Positions 11,142 through 23,224 of a stretch of DNA of 28,124 bases are shown piece by piece. How positions within the stretch are numbered: the stretch's first letter is position 1; each line of letters begins with the position of its first letter. Made by a program: the position numbers and the translations under genes. This DNA is from Spongospora subterranea f. sp. subterranea (taxonomy: Eukaryota): positions 372,001 to 400,124 of the forward strand of contig JAUGWO010000042.1 of assembly GCA_049724395.1 (NCBI GenBank), written 5' to 3'. Below the pieces are notes generated by a model. It was not told the origin of the DNA and did not search any database. It saw only the letters and a program-made list of their open reading frames with translations.

Positions 11142-12596
11142 TCAATTGCCCGGTAGTGATGCAACCGTCGTTATAACTCGCCCTTTTGGGTCCATATTAA
11201 CCGTCCAATGGTTGGACTGTAGGAATGATTGATATTGCAGCGTGCGCCGGAACCTCGAGAACGTATCTTTCATCAGATCCAGTACGATCGCGTCAATACA
11301 ATATAGGAGGCCGATACCCCTTTTAACCACGTCTGGAGGCACGTGATCGCACCCAGCAAAATCGTTGTTGATGAACTCTTTGGCAGAATCGGTGATTCTG
11401 AACGGTAGATTCAGCGTTAGAACCCCGTCCGGTCTGATGAACAGTTTCCCCAGGTCGTGCAGCTCCTTGACGAACTCGAGAGCATTGTTGCCTGGATACG
11501 TATAGGTTGATGATTTGGACTGTAGGCGGTCAAATGGCGTAATGTGATGCTTTAACTTGAGTGAATCACTTGCCTCAACCCACATGATGTTCTCAACTGA
11601 GAATTCGCTGATACAGAATTGTTTCAGTAATTCGCTTCCCCCACAATCATCACGTAGAACTTCCAGCAACGTCGACGATAGAGTCAACGACGTTGTTGAC
11701 GTCGATGTATGGGGCTGAGATGTGACCGTGTTGGACACACGATGCGATCTGGATACGGCCGCCCCCGCCACCGAGCGATTGCTGTTCATGAACACGTCTG
11801 GGTTATGGGCCACATGAACCGGCAATAGCAGGGACCAGATCAGGTTGAGTCCGACCAATAGCAGTATCTGAGTCAGATACAGATAATACGATATGGCGGT
11901 TGGGAACACGTGTTCAATGGTCATGAGTATACTCGCCAATATTAACGATATTGATATTCCACGAATCTCACGTCGCAACCCAAACCGATCATGCATCGAA
12001 CGAAGATTGGCTGTCAGAGCGGCGAGAACCAGGGCAGAGATGGTGAAGGCGATCGGAGTGACGATATTTGGAGGACCAACGCACCGAGACGCAACGGTTG
12101 CACCTTTGGGATCGATTGTGTCGAGATTGGCGTATATTGCATCGGCCATGGTGGCAGTTCCGTTGAACACAGCGATCAACAGCCACAGGAACAGCTCCAC
12201 CGTCGGCGATACCAAGATCCGGCGATAACGGAGCAATCCTCTGGGATGGGCGATCGTGGTTCTGGTGTTGGCCGGAACCAGCAACATTTCGATGCTGCGC
12301 CATGATATGTAAGCGTGCCAGCATTGAACGGCTACCGATGAGATATACGAGTAGAAGAAGATCTGATTAAGAATATGCAGGGGACAGATATAAGAACCAC
12401 CGGAACCGCTCTCCATCAACAGATCGGCGATCGCACCCGAGTTCAGCCACAGCAACATGAGCCCGGTTCGGGTTGATATGGAGCGCCATCCTCGCCAGAT
12501 GATGGGCGGTTCGTGGCGCTTCTGGTAGAGGAAATACACACCGGCGAAACATGCGATGTCAATCCAGAAGGCGATAGCTGCTAGAGTGCCAGCCAT
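11142..12596 (-). CDS. 7TM-RGS protein (seven hydrophobic segments plus C-terminal RGS domain), intronless
   Basis: 484-aa ORF with seven hydrophobic stretches and a DRFGLRREI loop. RGS motifs follow: LLEVLRD...LKQFCISEFSVENIMW, FIRPDGVLTLNLP and LMKDTFSRF. Confidence 0.88.
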   Translation of the reverse strand: MAGTLAAIAFWIDIACFAGVYFLYQKRHEPPIIWRGWRSISTRTGLMLLWLNSGAIADLLMESGSGGSYICPLHILNQIFFYSYISSVAVQCWHAYISWRSIEMLLVPANTRTTIAHPRGLLRYRRILVSPTVELFLWLLIAVFNGTATMADAIYANLDTIDPKGATVASRCVGPPNIVTPIAFTISALVLAALTANLRSMHDRFGLRREIRGISISLILASILMTIEHVFPTAISYYLYLTQILLLVGLNLIWSLLLPVHVAHNPDVFMNSNRSVAGAAVSRSHRVSNTVTSQPHTSTSTTSLTLSSTLLEVLRDDCGGSELLKQFCISEFSVENIMWVEASDSLKLKHHITPFDRLQSKSSTYTYPGNNALEFVKELHDLGKLFIRPDGVLTLNLPFRITDSAKEFINNDFAGCDHVPPDVVKRGIGLLYCIDAIVLDLMKDTFSRFRRTLQYQSFLQSNHWTVNMDPKGRVITTVASLPGN

Positions 12597-13046
12597 ATTT
12601 ATGGATTGAGTATATGGTCAATAAGATATTCATGTACAGGTCATCATTCATCGCTATCACGTGATCAACAACAACATATCTTTTACTCTGAAAATCATAT
12701 GCCAATGAAAATTCAAATTCTACCCTGGTTTATAAGTAGTTTAACAAATCCAAACCAGATCCCGTTCCCGTTCTGGAGTAAATCCGGAAAACTGTTGAAT
12801 AAATAACGACCTCAGACAGTTGTTGAATAATTGAACAATGAGCGATAATTGTCAACAGGTCAGGCTTCTCAACACCATTTACAGCATGACCACAGTTTAT
12901 GATCCGGTTGGCGCCATGGCCAATAAGCCACTTTGAATGACGATATCAGTCGCGGAGTTCGGACTAGGACACGGAGTCCGCGAGAGTAATCGAGTCAAAG
13001 TCCGAGGAGACACAACACACCCTGGAATCCGCTCATTTTTGGAGTG

Positions 13047-14740
13047 ATGTCGTCTGGGAAATCGGGAAAGGCGGAGCCGTGTTTCGACGAGTTCAGCATC
13101 AAGCCTGAGTCTGATGTCTCTACAGTCGATACCTCTAAATGGCCCCTGTTGCTGAAGAATTACGACTCATTGAATATCAGAACCGGGCACTATACTCCCA
13201 TTCCTCAAGGATGGACCCCACTCAAACGCCCAATCGATGAGTATAAACGCTATGGGATCATCAATCTCGACAAGCCCTCCAACCCATCATCCCACGAGGT
13301 CGTTGCCTGGATCCGTCGTATGTTGAAGGTCGATAAGACTGGTCATTCCGGCACCCTGGATCCTAAGGTAAATGGGCTCACGTCCCGGTCGTTATCTCGA
13401 TCTAACAGAGCTGGAATTAGGTGACGGGCAATCTGATTGTTTGTGTCGATCGTGCTACTCGTCTGGTTAAATCGCAGCAGTCCGCTGGAAAGGAATACGT
13501 CTGTGTCATCAGGCTCCATGGACCTCTTGAAGATGGCGAAGCTAAGCTTGCTAAGGCTCTTGAGACATTGACCGGAGCCCTTTTCCAACGTCCTCCTTTG
13601 ATTTCCGCAGTCAAGCGCCAGCTTCGTGTTCGTACTATTTACGAGAGCAAGTTGATTGAATTTGATCAGGAGCGAAGCCTTGGTGTGTTTTGGGTCAGCT
13701 GCCAGGCTGGAACTTATATTCGTACTCTGTGCGTGCATTTGGGCCTATTGCTTGGAGTCGGCGGGCACATGCAGGAGCTTCGTCGTGTTCGTTCCGGTGC
13801 GATTGGTGAACATGATAATATGGTGACGATGCATGATGTGCTTGATGCCCAATGGGTTTACGACAATACCGGGGATGAATCTTACTTACGTCGTGTGATC
13901 GCGCCATTGGAAAGCTTACTTGTCAATTACAAGGTATTATCCAACTTGTTGCGACATTATTCCTATTGATTGAATGCTGGTTTTAGCGCATTGTTGTCAA
14001 AGACAGTGCGGTTAATGCCATTTGCTATGGTGCCAAGATGATGATTCCTGGGTTGTTGAGATTCGCCAACGACATCGAGGTTGGTGATGAATGCGTACTG
14101 ATATCGACTAAGGGAGAAGCTATTGCTCTGGCGTATGCTCAAATGACAACGGCTCAAATGGTTCGCTTGGTTCCATTGCCTGTTTGACAATTCGTTCGCT
14201 AATATCAGAGTTCAGGCAACATGCGATCATGGTGTTGTGGCCAAGATCAAGCGGGTGGTTATGGAGCGCGACACGTATCCCCGACGATGGGGCCTTGGCC
14301 CGGTTGCACTACAAAAGAAGAGCATGATCAAGAATGGGACGCTCGATAAGTATGGTCAACCAAATGAACAAACCCCCAACGAGTGGAAGGACGGTTATAA
14401 GGTTTTTAGTTCAGTTTTTTGTCGCCTACTGGGTTTTTGACTCTTTATGCAGCCCGTGGTTCAAATTGTAAATCCTATCAAAGCGGTGAACCAAGAGCCA
14501 GAAGCCGCAACAACTAGACCAGAAGTCGCCAACGCGTCTGAGGATGCTGATGAAGTGTCAAAGAAAACCAAAAAAGAGAAGAAGAAATCGGAGAAGAAGA
14601 AATCCTCCAAAACTGACGACGCTGAGGAATCGACCAGCAAACCCAAAAAGGAGAAGAAATCCTCTTCAAGCAAGAAAAGGAGCGCAACGTCAGACGAAGA
14701 GAAACCAAAGAAGAAACAGAAAAAATCCTCTTCTGCCTGA
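13047..14740 (+). CDS. CBF5: H/ACA snoRNP pseudouridine synthase Cbf5/dyskerin, 5 exons
   Basis: Contains [52 protein letters not shown], a PUA domain ([17 protein letters not shown]), [18 protein letters not shown] and a KKE-rich tail. Introns are 13368-13420, 13934-13986, 14161-14215 and 14402-14452. Confidence 0.97.
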
Positions 14741-14803
14741 TAAATTACTGTTCCGTTTCATTATATATATTATTAGTGTGGCTGCAGTAGTTTTCTTTGT
14801 AAA

Positions 14804-15794
14804 TCAATGTTTAATGCGTTGCAGGGCATCGTAATGACCAGGGCGATAAAGAAGGAATGCTACAGGTTCGTGGGTGTCGTCTGGAAAATTGATACGTGAT
14901 ATTGGACCGGGATTATTATCCAGATATTCGATTTGTATCGGGATGTCCAGGCAGGCTGTCAGTGCCATGCACTGTACATGATCGGCTTCCTGCCAACACG
15001 TTATATTCAGGGCAATCAACCGTAGAATCATTACCTTTCCCATTGGTTCTACGTCACTGCGAACAAATTGCAGCATATTGGAGCAATCTTGAAGATAGGG
15101 CATGAACTTCTCTGCATTGGTTTGCAAATACCATGAAGTAAGAAACCTTGCATACATCACAAGATAATCGGAGGAAGATGCATCAGTGAAAATTGTTTCA
15201 ACTGTTTTGATATCCATCTTTTCTGTTTGTAGCCTCTGAATACCGGATTTACTTTCAATGCGCATAGCAATCAAACTCGCACATACCACGAGTTGATTGC
15301 GAAATTCTTCCCAGAAATCTTCGATTCCAAATTCAGGAAACCCACTTTTGACCAGCTCATCTTTTGACCCCTCAATTTTCAGATATAACGCAGCTAACTC
15401 TGCCTGCAACGATGGGTCTTCTGAGAATCGTACGAAAACTGCCAGTAGAAACGATCGATAGAAACAATTCCCATCGCCTCGAACACTGCGGAAACCTAAG
15501 TAACTTCGCTTAAGCTCCTAAACCATCACCATAAAATCATGAAGAGCTCAAGGCATCATGTCAAGCATAATACTTCAATTTTTTTGATGATGTTCGCTCT
15601 GTTCTCTTTTTTTGTGAGAAAATCAATTGGCAACAGAGGATCAATCAAAGCAGACTGGGCCACAATCTCGGAGCGAATTATTTCATCCTAAACGGTCAAT
15701 ATACTGAATTTCAGTGATGCGACTATGCCTAGAAGGTAACCTGTTCGATTATTTCCTCATCTGTCGGGAAACGGTCGCCATTGGTGCCAATCAT
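14804..15794 (-). CDS. OTUB1: Otubain-family deubiquitinase (peptidase C65), multi-exon
   Basis: Catalytic FRSVRGDGNCFYRSF (about 15495-15455), VEPMGK|EADHVQ, IEYLD and LLYRPGHYDAL. The N-terminus is MIGTNGDRFPTDEEIIEQ. Confidence 0.92.
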
Positions 15795-16602
15795 TGTTTG
15801 CGGCAATTTCAATTTCGGTTGGCACCAAGAAAAAAACTTCGCCACCGCTTCAGAATTACGATATCGGTTCAGATACGGCTCAAAGGATAAACAATATGAT
15901 TCGGGAAAGAGTCTATAAAATATGATCGATAATATAAGAGAGGTATCGTATTGTGTATAGAGCCAGAAAGTCTCTGAGTCTGAAAAGGGGGTTGGACTGA
16001 CTTGGGAGACTTGAGACATTAGACGTGATCCGTCAGCCGCACGCACACAATCAACCCACGTACAGTACATTAATGGGCACGGGGGGGAGCCCGGTTGATG
16101 TCCAGCTCGCCACACTAAGACCACCATCAACCCAATCACCTACCCAAGGCAGCATCGCTCCAGGGACGCACAGACGATTTCGGCATCGATCTCGATTATT
16201 GCTGGAATTCGAGGACGTGCCTTATTGCTATACAACCAGATTTGTGGTGCAGCAGAGCATTAAGTAATTTTAACCGAAACTATGGAGTAACCTGGGGCAG
16301 GTCAAACCATCAAATAAAGTGACAACGAATAAACAAATCTGTCGATTACATAGATTACATAACCAAAAATTATTTTCACTGTTAAAGCGCTAAGATGGAC
16401 AATAGAAAGGTATACCAAAACAGGCAGTATTGTGTATTGTCGCGTTGGTAAAGCTGGGTCTCGTCTGTTTTGATGTCAGACAGGTTTATTGTAGTCCACG
16501 GGGTCAATTCCATCTCGCTCTACACACGGTCATCTTAGAGGTTCAGCGCGGTTTTACATCGCTCTCCTGTCTTATTGGATTATCGACAGCATTAGGGGCC
16601 GG

Positions 16603-19600
16603 ATGGCGGCCATGGATTATCAGCAACTATTGCTCGAGGTTGGTGACACGAATCGCTGGACATGGCTATCTATAGTTATAACAATTGCCCACAGAATGAA
16701 TCCTTGCTAGCTGAGCTACCGACCACTCTACAACAGCGAGCAGGAAGTCAGCTCCTACGAAATCTGCCTCAATTACAAGCTGAATCGTCAAGGTTCGCTA
16801 GTCGCCAGACTCGACAGCCAGCGATTTCCGGCATGGGACTTGCCGTAGCTGGGGCAGATCGATTCGATTTGAGTAAAGAACGTCGTGCACTTGATAAAAT
16901 CGATTTAAGTGCAGCATATGAGGATTTTGAGCCAACAGTGGACTACAATCTTGAGAAATACCTTGATTATCAGCAATCCCTATTGGTAAATACCCTCATC
17001 GAAGAGAATATAATTCCAAGGTTTGTCTGTGGTCATCAACCATTGTGGCAGTTTGTCTAACTCTTGCCAGATTGCTAAAACGTTTCGCGACAACTATAAT
17101 GCTAGAATATTTCAAAACTGGCAAGTACAAAAAAATCGGCTGTTAAGGAATTTGACTGTCGACTTTGTGGATACTAAACCCGTACAGCAACTGATAGCTA
17201 CTTCAATATCGTCTGGTATGGTCCCATCTCTGGAGCGTGTCTGTTCGCTAAGAATGTCGATTCAGCAACCCCTGGGGTTCCTCTTGTGGTCCCGTCTCCA
17301 GTTTCAAAGGAAGTCAAGTACAGTCAAGCTCTAACTGATGCATTCCATCGACGCGGTTGCTGTGCAGAACTCTTTGCAAAAGCGGCAAATGACTTCAATG
17401 AGCAAACGTGCAACAAGGATACCTCGATTATCGAACTTTGGAAGCTTACTGAAGAGTTGGGTTAAAAAAAATATGGTTCATGGCCATTGTGAACAAATTG
17501 TTTTTAGGTTTGCGTTTGCGAGTCTTCAGCATCGTATTGTTCCAGTGCCATACCCCGACCCTTCTGAAGGCGTCCGTACATTTCTTAGAATCTCAGTTTC
17601 GAGACTGGATTGTTACCAATCTTGGAAAGTCTCGGATTGGTGGAACTCCAGGGATATCCAATCATATTCGAGCATTTGTCAAGGAAATTCTGTTCAAATC
17701 CAGGTTCCCTAAGTTTTGTACGTCATTTTTTTGTGTATGAACCTTTCTCTAACCGTAAGAATCACACAGTGAAACTTGATCTGGTCGACGACGTTCCGCT
17801 ATGGCCGCAACTTTTCTATTGCTTAAGGTGTGGGGCCATCGAAGAAGCAGTTCTTTTGGCGCTAACGGTTCGAATTTTTGTTGCGCTATCATTTCCACGT
17901 TTTCATTTCGGTTTAGGCAAATCGCATGTTTCCGGACAATGCGCAAATAGCCTTAATTAGCTCATGCATTGGCGTTGATATATTGTCACCTGAGCAGCTA
18001 GAAGCTCTCTCTTCCGACTATAACACTTTCGTTCGAGATGGTTCTGATCCGTTTGTAGTCGCAGTATACAATGTTGTGTCTCGTGGGGCATTTGAGACTT
18101 ACGATACTATGAAGTATCGCCAAGTTCAGGAATATCGCAATTTAGTACTTCTCTCGGCATCGTTGTTGTTTTGTTATGCACTGACCGCCGTTACAGTTTC
18201 ACAGATATATTACTCCATCGCATACGGATTACATTTGGTTTCTGGTAAATATCTATTTGCATCTATTTTGCTAACATGGAATACTCAATCGCTTTAGATG
18301 GGATCCCTCAGACATGGAGATTTCCATAGCAATTTATCACAGTTCCAATTGAGCATCCGGACATTCGAGCAGCATTTCTCCAGAAACCAATCGGATCCTT
18401 TGCTGTACTTTTTGGTATGCGTTTTATTCTCTGTTGATTTCAGCATCTAACCTCCCGTTTAGGTTCTCCTGTTGAGTTTGCAATTTCCGCTGGCAGTTAC
18501 GTATCTACTGTCAACTGCGAAATTTAGAGTGGATGCCGTTCACTTCTCTATAGCATTGGATGAACTAGGGCTTCTTTTGCCACGCGATACAAAAGGTTAG
18601 TCTGTCCATTATATATATGCCACTATCGCCTACTCTGATTCTTTATACAGAGGCTGAGTCGCAGATAATATCGGCAAACATTGAAGATATAATTGGCGAC
18701 TATATTATGGATAGTTCCGAATTGACTTTGTCTCTTGAATCATCAATCTACTACTTAGCGATAATTGCTGAAAGACATCCGGACAGTTTCGATAGACTGT
18801 TTGTCAAGCTATTGGTCGGTAGTGCGGCTCCTTTAGATCAGATCGAACGTGTCAATCGCCTTGTCAACAAGGCACGATTCGCCGAGACTGCAACTTTTGC
18901 TATGATTGAATGGTTTCATGTTTAGGAATCAGGTTTGGCGCGGGAAGTAATCCCAAATGACCGTATCGATGGTCTATGCTTGTCTGCCGCCCAAATTGCC
19001 CAAAACGATGAATCATACCTTGTTGCCAATCAACTTTATTCAATCGCGGAACCTCAGGTTTGAATGTCGTCGTATGTGTCCACCCTCGGTTTCAGGGTGT
19101 AATAAGTTCTTGGCAGCCGCAGGAGCAGTATGCCCGGACCCTAATGCGTTTGATTGATCGTCATTTACTGGACATGTCGTCTAAAATTCGGCGCATTGCA
19201 CTAGAACGTGCACGCCCAGTTCTTAGCAATACAGAGGTCAATCCCAGGTATGGTTTTTGCATTGCCGATGCAGTTCGCGTTTGAAAAGAGTGAATCGTTA
19301 GAGTTCGGGATGCCTTAAGTATTCTCGTTCAGCTCGCGATGTTTTTCAATGCCAATCATGCAGTCAGATTTGATGAGGCATTAGAGGTAAACATGGAACA
19401 AATCAGAAAAAAAATGGATCCTCGCTTAATCATCAACAGTTAGCAACGTTTAATACGCAGACTCGTACTGGATTCGTTCCATTGCATGCCCAGGATACTT
19501 CTGGATGTTTGTCTCAGTTTGATTATGCCAACTCTGTAACCTTCGGTGTTCTCGGGAGGATATTCCCAGATTTAGCGACAATGGTCATGAAAATAATTTT

Positions 19601-19846
19601 CAACAAGTACGAAATGATCAAAGAAAGAGAGCGTGATTCAAATCAACATCAAGCTGTTGCTTCGGTTCGTTCAACAACGGTAAACATCATAGTAACTTGC
19701 TTATTCAGAATGTCACTCAGGCCGTCCGCGACCTATATCACCAAGCTCAAGCTCTGCATTCGTTCTATTTGAAATTAGAATCCCAAAGTCTTGTCAGTGC
19801 GTATTCAGAATCATTCAGAAAACTGTATCACAAAATCAGCCAGTAA
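16603..19846 (+). CDS. NUP93: Nucleoporin Nup93/Nic96, many exons
   Basis: Starts MAAMDYQQLLLE|NESLLAE and contains LLRNLPQLQ, ASVHFLESQF, GGTPG, VPLWPQLFYCLRCG, DPFVVAVYNVV, TDYIWFL, LLLSLQFPLAVTYL and VDAVHFSIAL. The last exon ends KISQ-TAA at 19846. Confidence 0.88.
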
Positions 19847-19980
19847 AAGCTTTTTTCACCTATAAAATTTGATGTTCATCCAATTTTGATTTCACACGTC
19901 GACTGCCTACCATCTCGTCACATACCGCCGTATCTGGTCTTTGTAATACACTTTCATTATTTGCACCTTGTGGTCTTCTG

Positions 19981-21204
19981 ATGCCCAAGAATAAGCGGAT
20001 CAACAAAACAGACAAATGTGTTGATTTGAGTAAAAAATGGAGTGATAACTTCGCTTGTGCGAGTCTTAGGACCGCTGGATCAATGAAGCTGGCTCTTGCA
20101 GAACTATCGTTCAAATATTCCCAACTCCAACAAAAGTACGACGTTTCAGAGGAAAATCGATTGGATTTGCAGCTGAAACTCCACCAAAAAGAGGCCTGTT
20201 TAGTGTGAGATCAGCCTTTGCTGTGATTTTTATCACTGAATATTAATTCTGTCTGTAGACGCTGCACAACAAAACTGCAACATATGGAGTTAGAGTTGGC
20301 GAAACATTCAAAGGCTTCCTTGCATACCATGAGCACAACTGATAAGAATGCTCAATGCCAATGCAAAGACAACGACTCACACAAAGAGGGTGTTCGAACT
20401 GAGTCCACCCCGAAAGCAGTGTGTCACGCCGCAACACAATATGATGATCATTTCCTAAAATATGACAATCTACCAGACGACGACAGCCATGACGCTGCGT
20501 GCAGCGATCTATCAGCATACCTGGATGCTGGATCATACCAAAATCCAACATGGCGCTCTGAGATGAATAGTAGGCGACTGCCTAGATCAGCTCACGTTCA
20601 GACAGATGCATCGTGTTTTGACCAGAATATCAAATCTCAGATGCGCTCGACCTTCACTGAAACAGATCCACCGAATACAACGCAGAGCGCACAATCGAAG
20701 CATCGATCGGCTTATACTCAGACAAATCTGCTGTGGTGGAAGGCGACTGCCGAGCAAACAAGCACATCAACTGGTTCTGGGACTGAGCTTGGGCGTTCAT
20801 CAACTATTGCTGACATATCTATGGATCACGGTCTATCAAGTGAAATTCTAGAGTACTGCCTTCTCCCCAAGCTATCAAAAACTCAATCCACGCAGACCGA
20901 AATATATCAACAGCATCGTGACTTCGAATTGCGACAACTCGATAGGGAGCAAAGAAAGACTGCACTTTTCCGTAAAGAACTACTGAAAATGGCGAATGAC
21001 ATCAATCCCATTTCTGAAAACCATCATGTGCATCCTCAAAGAACGACGTTTCCAGCAGAAGTGGACTTGGCAGTGAATCTGGCAACATCTGAGGACGATT
21101 ACGGCAATCGAGTCAACGACGCACTTGAAAAATTCAATTTTTTGCAGGAAAAAGTCAAACGGATAATATCATCATCGCCATTCGACGAATGCCTGACTGA
21201 TTGA
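19981..21204 (+). CDS. Hypothetical coiled-coil/disordered protein with repeated TQT-like motifs, 2 exons
   Basis: A coiled-coil exon 19981-20197 is joined by a phase-1 GT-AG intron (20198-20258) to a long open exon ending in TGA at 21204. It contains AATQY, VQTD, TETD, TQTN, EQTS and STQTE. Confidence 0.7.
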
Positions 21205-21205
21205 C

Positions 21206-21872
21206 TTAAAAGGCAGGAGATTCTTTATTCTTTTTTAAATCAAGATAATATATCTGTTCTTCAGGGAGACCGAATTTACTAACCAAAAACCTAAACATTA
21301 CGGCGTTGACTAACATGAATCTTGGCCCAAGCACATCCACTTACTCAGGAAGATCATCAGATACGTCGCCTTGAATATAGATCCCGGTCGGCGGCCCTTT
21401 CAGAATTGACGCTCCGCAGGCGAACCTGGATGAAAATGTTTTGGCGACCTTCTTCTCATCCAAGACTTTTCCGATGTTTTGCACCACCGTGACAACCTTA
21501 TTTTTTCTATTTAACTGAGAAATTAATATACGAACTGGCTTGACGACTTCGACAGCCTCTATTAAACACATAAGATCGCACAAAACCTTAGAACAGCAAA
21601 GCAATACTCTTTTTTTGGGTTTCACGAACGGGCTGGATTTCGCTCTGCTGGCAATCATTTGCAGACTTGTTTAATTGTAAAGCCTCAAGTTCGGATACAA
21701 TTGGGATGTCTGTAACCGTCTCCGATCGGTCACGTTCTCTCAAAGGCAAACAGCCTGATTTATAATTGGGCGTGAACTCGCAATACTCCAATGGTAATGA
21801 GCACGATCCACAGTATTCGACATGAACAGCTGTCAGACACTCTAATGCAGGTTCATCATCAGAACTGCCCAT
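21206..21872 (-). CDS. DENR: Density-regulated protein DENR/Tma22 (SUI1 domain), 3 exons
   Basis: Zn motif VEYCGSCSLPLEYCEF, then RKNKVVTVV, KKVAKTFSSRFACGAS and IYIQGDVSDDL. The last exon FLVSKFGLPEEQI...SPAF ends with TAA at 21208-21206. Confidence 0.92.
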
Positions 21873-21940
21873 GATTATATGTATCTGCCAAGAGCACTGT
21901 TCACAGAGGGACACGCTAATACGATATATCATCACGGACT

Positions 21941-22215
21941 ATCACTCGGGTATTTGGACTATATTGTATACTGCATTGTCGATAGCATGACTCGGGTATT
22001 TGGACTATATTGTATACTGCATTGTCGATAGCATGACTCGGGTATTTGGACTATATTGTATACTGCATTGTCGATAGCATGACTCGGGTATTTGGACTAT
22101 ATTGTATACTGCATTGTCGATAGCATGACTCGGGTATTTGGACTATATTGTATACTGCATTGTCGATAGCATATCATGACTCGGGTATTTGGCCTACAGT
22201 GTATTGTATTGTCGA
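21941..22215. repeat. 46-bp minisatellite, 5 copies plus one degenerate copy
   Basis: The unit ATGACTCGGGTATTTGGACTATATTGTATACTGCATTGTCGATAGC starts at 21941 (ATC variant), 21987, 22033, 22079 and 22125. A variant copy lies at 22176-22215. Confidence 0.97.
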
Positions 22216-23224
22216 GATTTCTGTATAGGGAAGGGATCGGGAGGGAAGGACATATCTTGCCAGCTGTGATAGAGGAACGCACAGCTTTTAAAAATCGAGA
22301 CTTAAGTATGCTTGATACCAGGTATTGGTGCCCAATGACGAGGATAGGGAGTACAAACGAGAAACTTGTACTCGAGGAGATGGTTACTAGGGTAGTAGGG
22401 AGTCTCCTCCTTTATCATGTCAGTTACGCCAAGACAGTACTTCGCATCCGATCTTATTACTTGGTTGTCGAATATTACGTTAGTTAGATACATACACGTA
22501 GCATCCATCGCTCCCGCAAGACACATCACTCATGAAGGTCTCCTCCGTATACGGCTGTACCGCCACGTATGACCGCCTCACTAGTGGCCGAAGCAACTCT
22601 GGACACCTGCTTAACGTCAAGTCCCTCATTACATGATTAATACAAGGAGTGACTTTGATTACTTCCTCGAATACCCTGGTACAGCAGTACTGCACGCTAC
22701 CACTAAAGTCTGCCTGCTCGGATATGGGAGCTCGAGTCTGTGCTCACCCTTGTTGTGAAAGATCTGAAGCGGTTCGTATGTCAAGATCTCTTTACTATCC
22801 CATAGATGTACGCGTCCGTCAGCCTTTCCATCAAGTGTAGCTCTAATGACAGCACAGAAGTAGCCAGCTGACGTATGATATCTGGGTCTCTATCCACTAT
22901 GGGACAACGGCGCTGAGCGAAGACGTACTGACTCCAGAATGTATCCACTGTAAGGCGCGAGTATACATCTCTGCTCGTTTTGAATCTCCCCTTACATGTC
23001 ATAAGTATCACATCACCACCGTAGCTGTAGTCACCGTCCTTAGTAATACCACCGGAAAGCACCACTGGAACCGATCCGTCCCCACCCCACTCATAAGGCG
23101 GCGATATCTTATCTCCAAACTCTGCAGCCACTTTGCCTACACTCCTAGAAGATCCGAAGCAGCCACAATCAATATGAGGGAGTTTCACTCTCTCCAATAA
23201 CGAGATCGGATCTGAGTCTGACAT
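22216..23224 (-). pseudogene. Decayed intronless coding-like segment of unknown origin
   Basis: A 147-aa ATG-started ORF (23224-22781) is followed by overlapping open segments in shifting frames (ILTYEPLQIFHNK..., 22695-22480, 22529-22302). No host-type introns link them and no family is recognised. Confidence 0.45.

Noticed and set aside
8213..14708. Numerous antisense and alternate-frame ORFs over MFAP1, CHS, 7TM-RGS and CBF5
   Set aside because: They are shadows of well-supported genes, favoured by biased codon composition.
16150..16310. U4 snRNA-like word CGATTATTGCT in the OTUB1-NUP93 intergenic region
   Set aside because: The U4 kink-turn and U6-pairing sequences are absent; only a short chance match.
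21941..22215. CRISPR array interpretation of the 46-bp repeats (also the 44-bp and 98-bp repeats)
   Set aside because: Units are head-to-tail with no unique spacers, there are no cas genes, and the context is eukaryotic.
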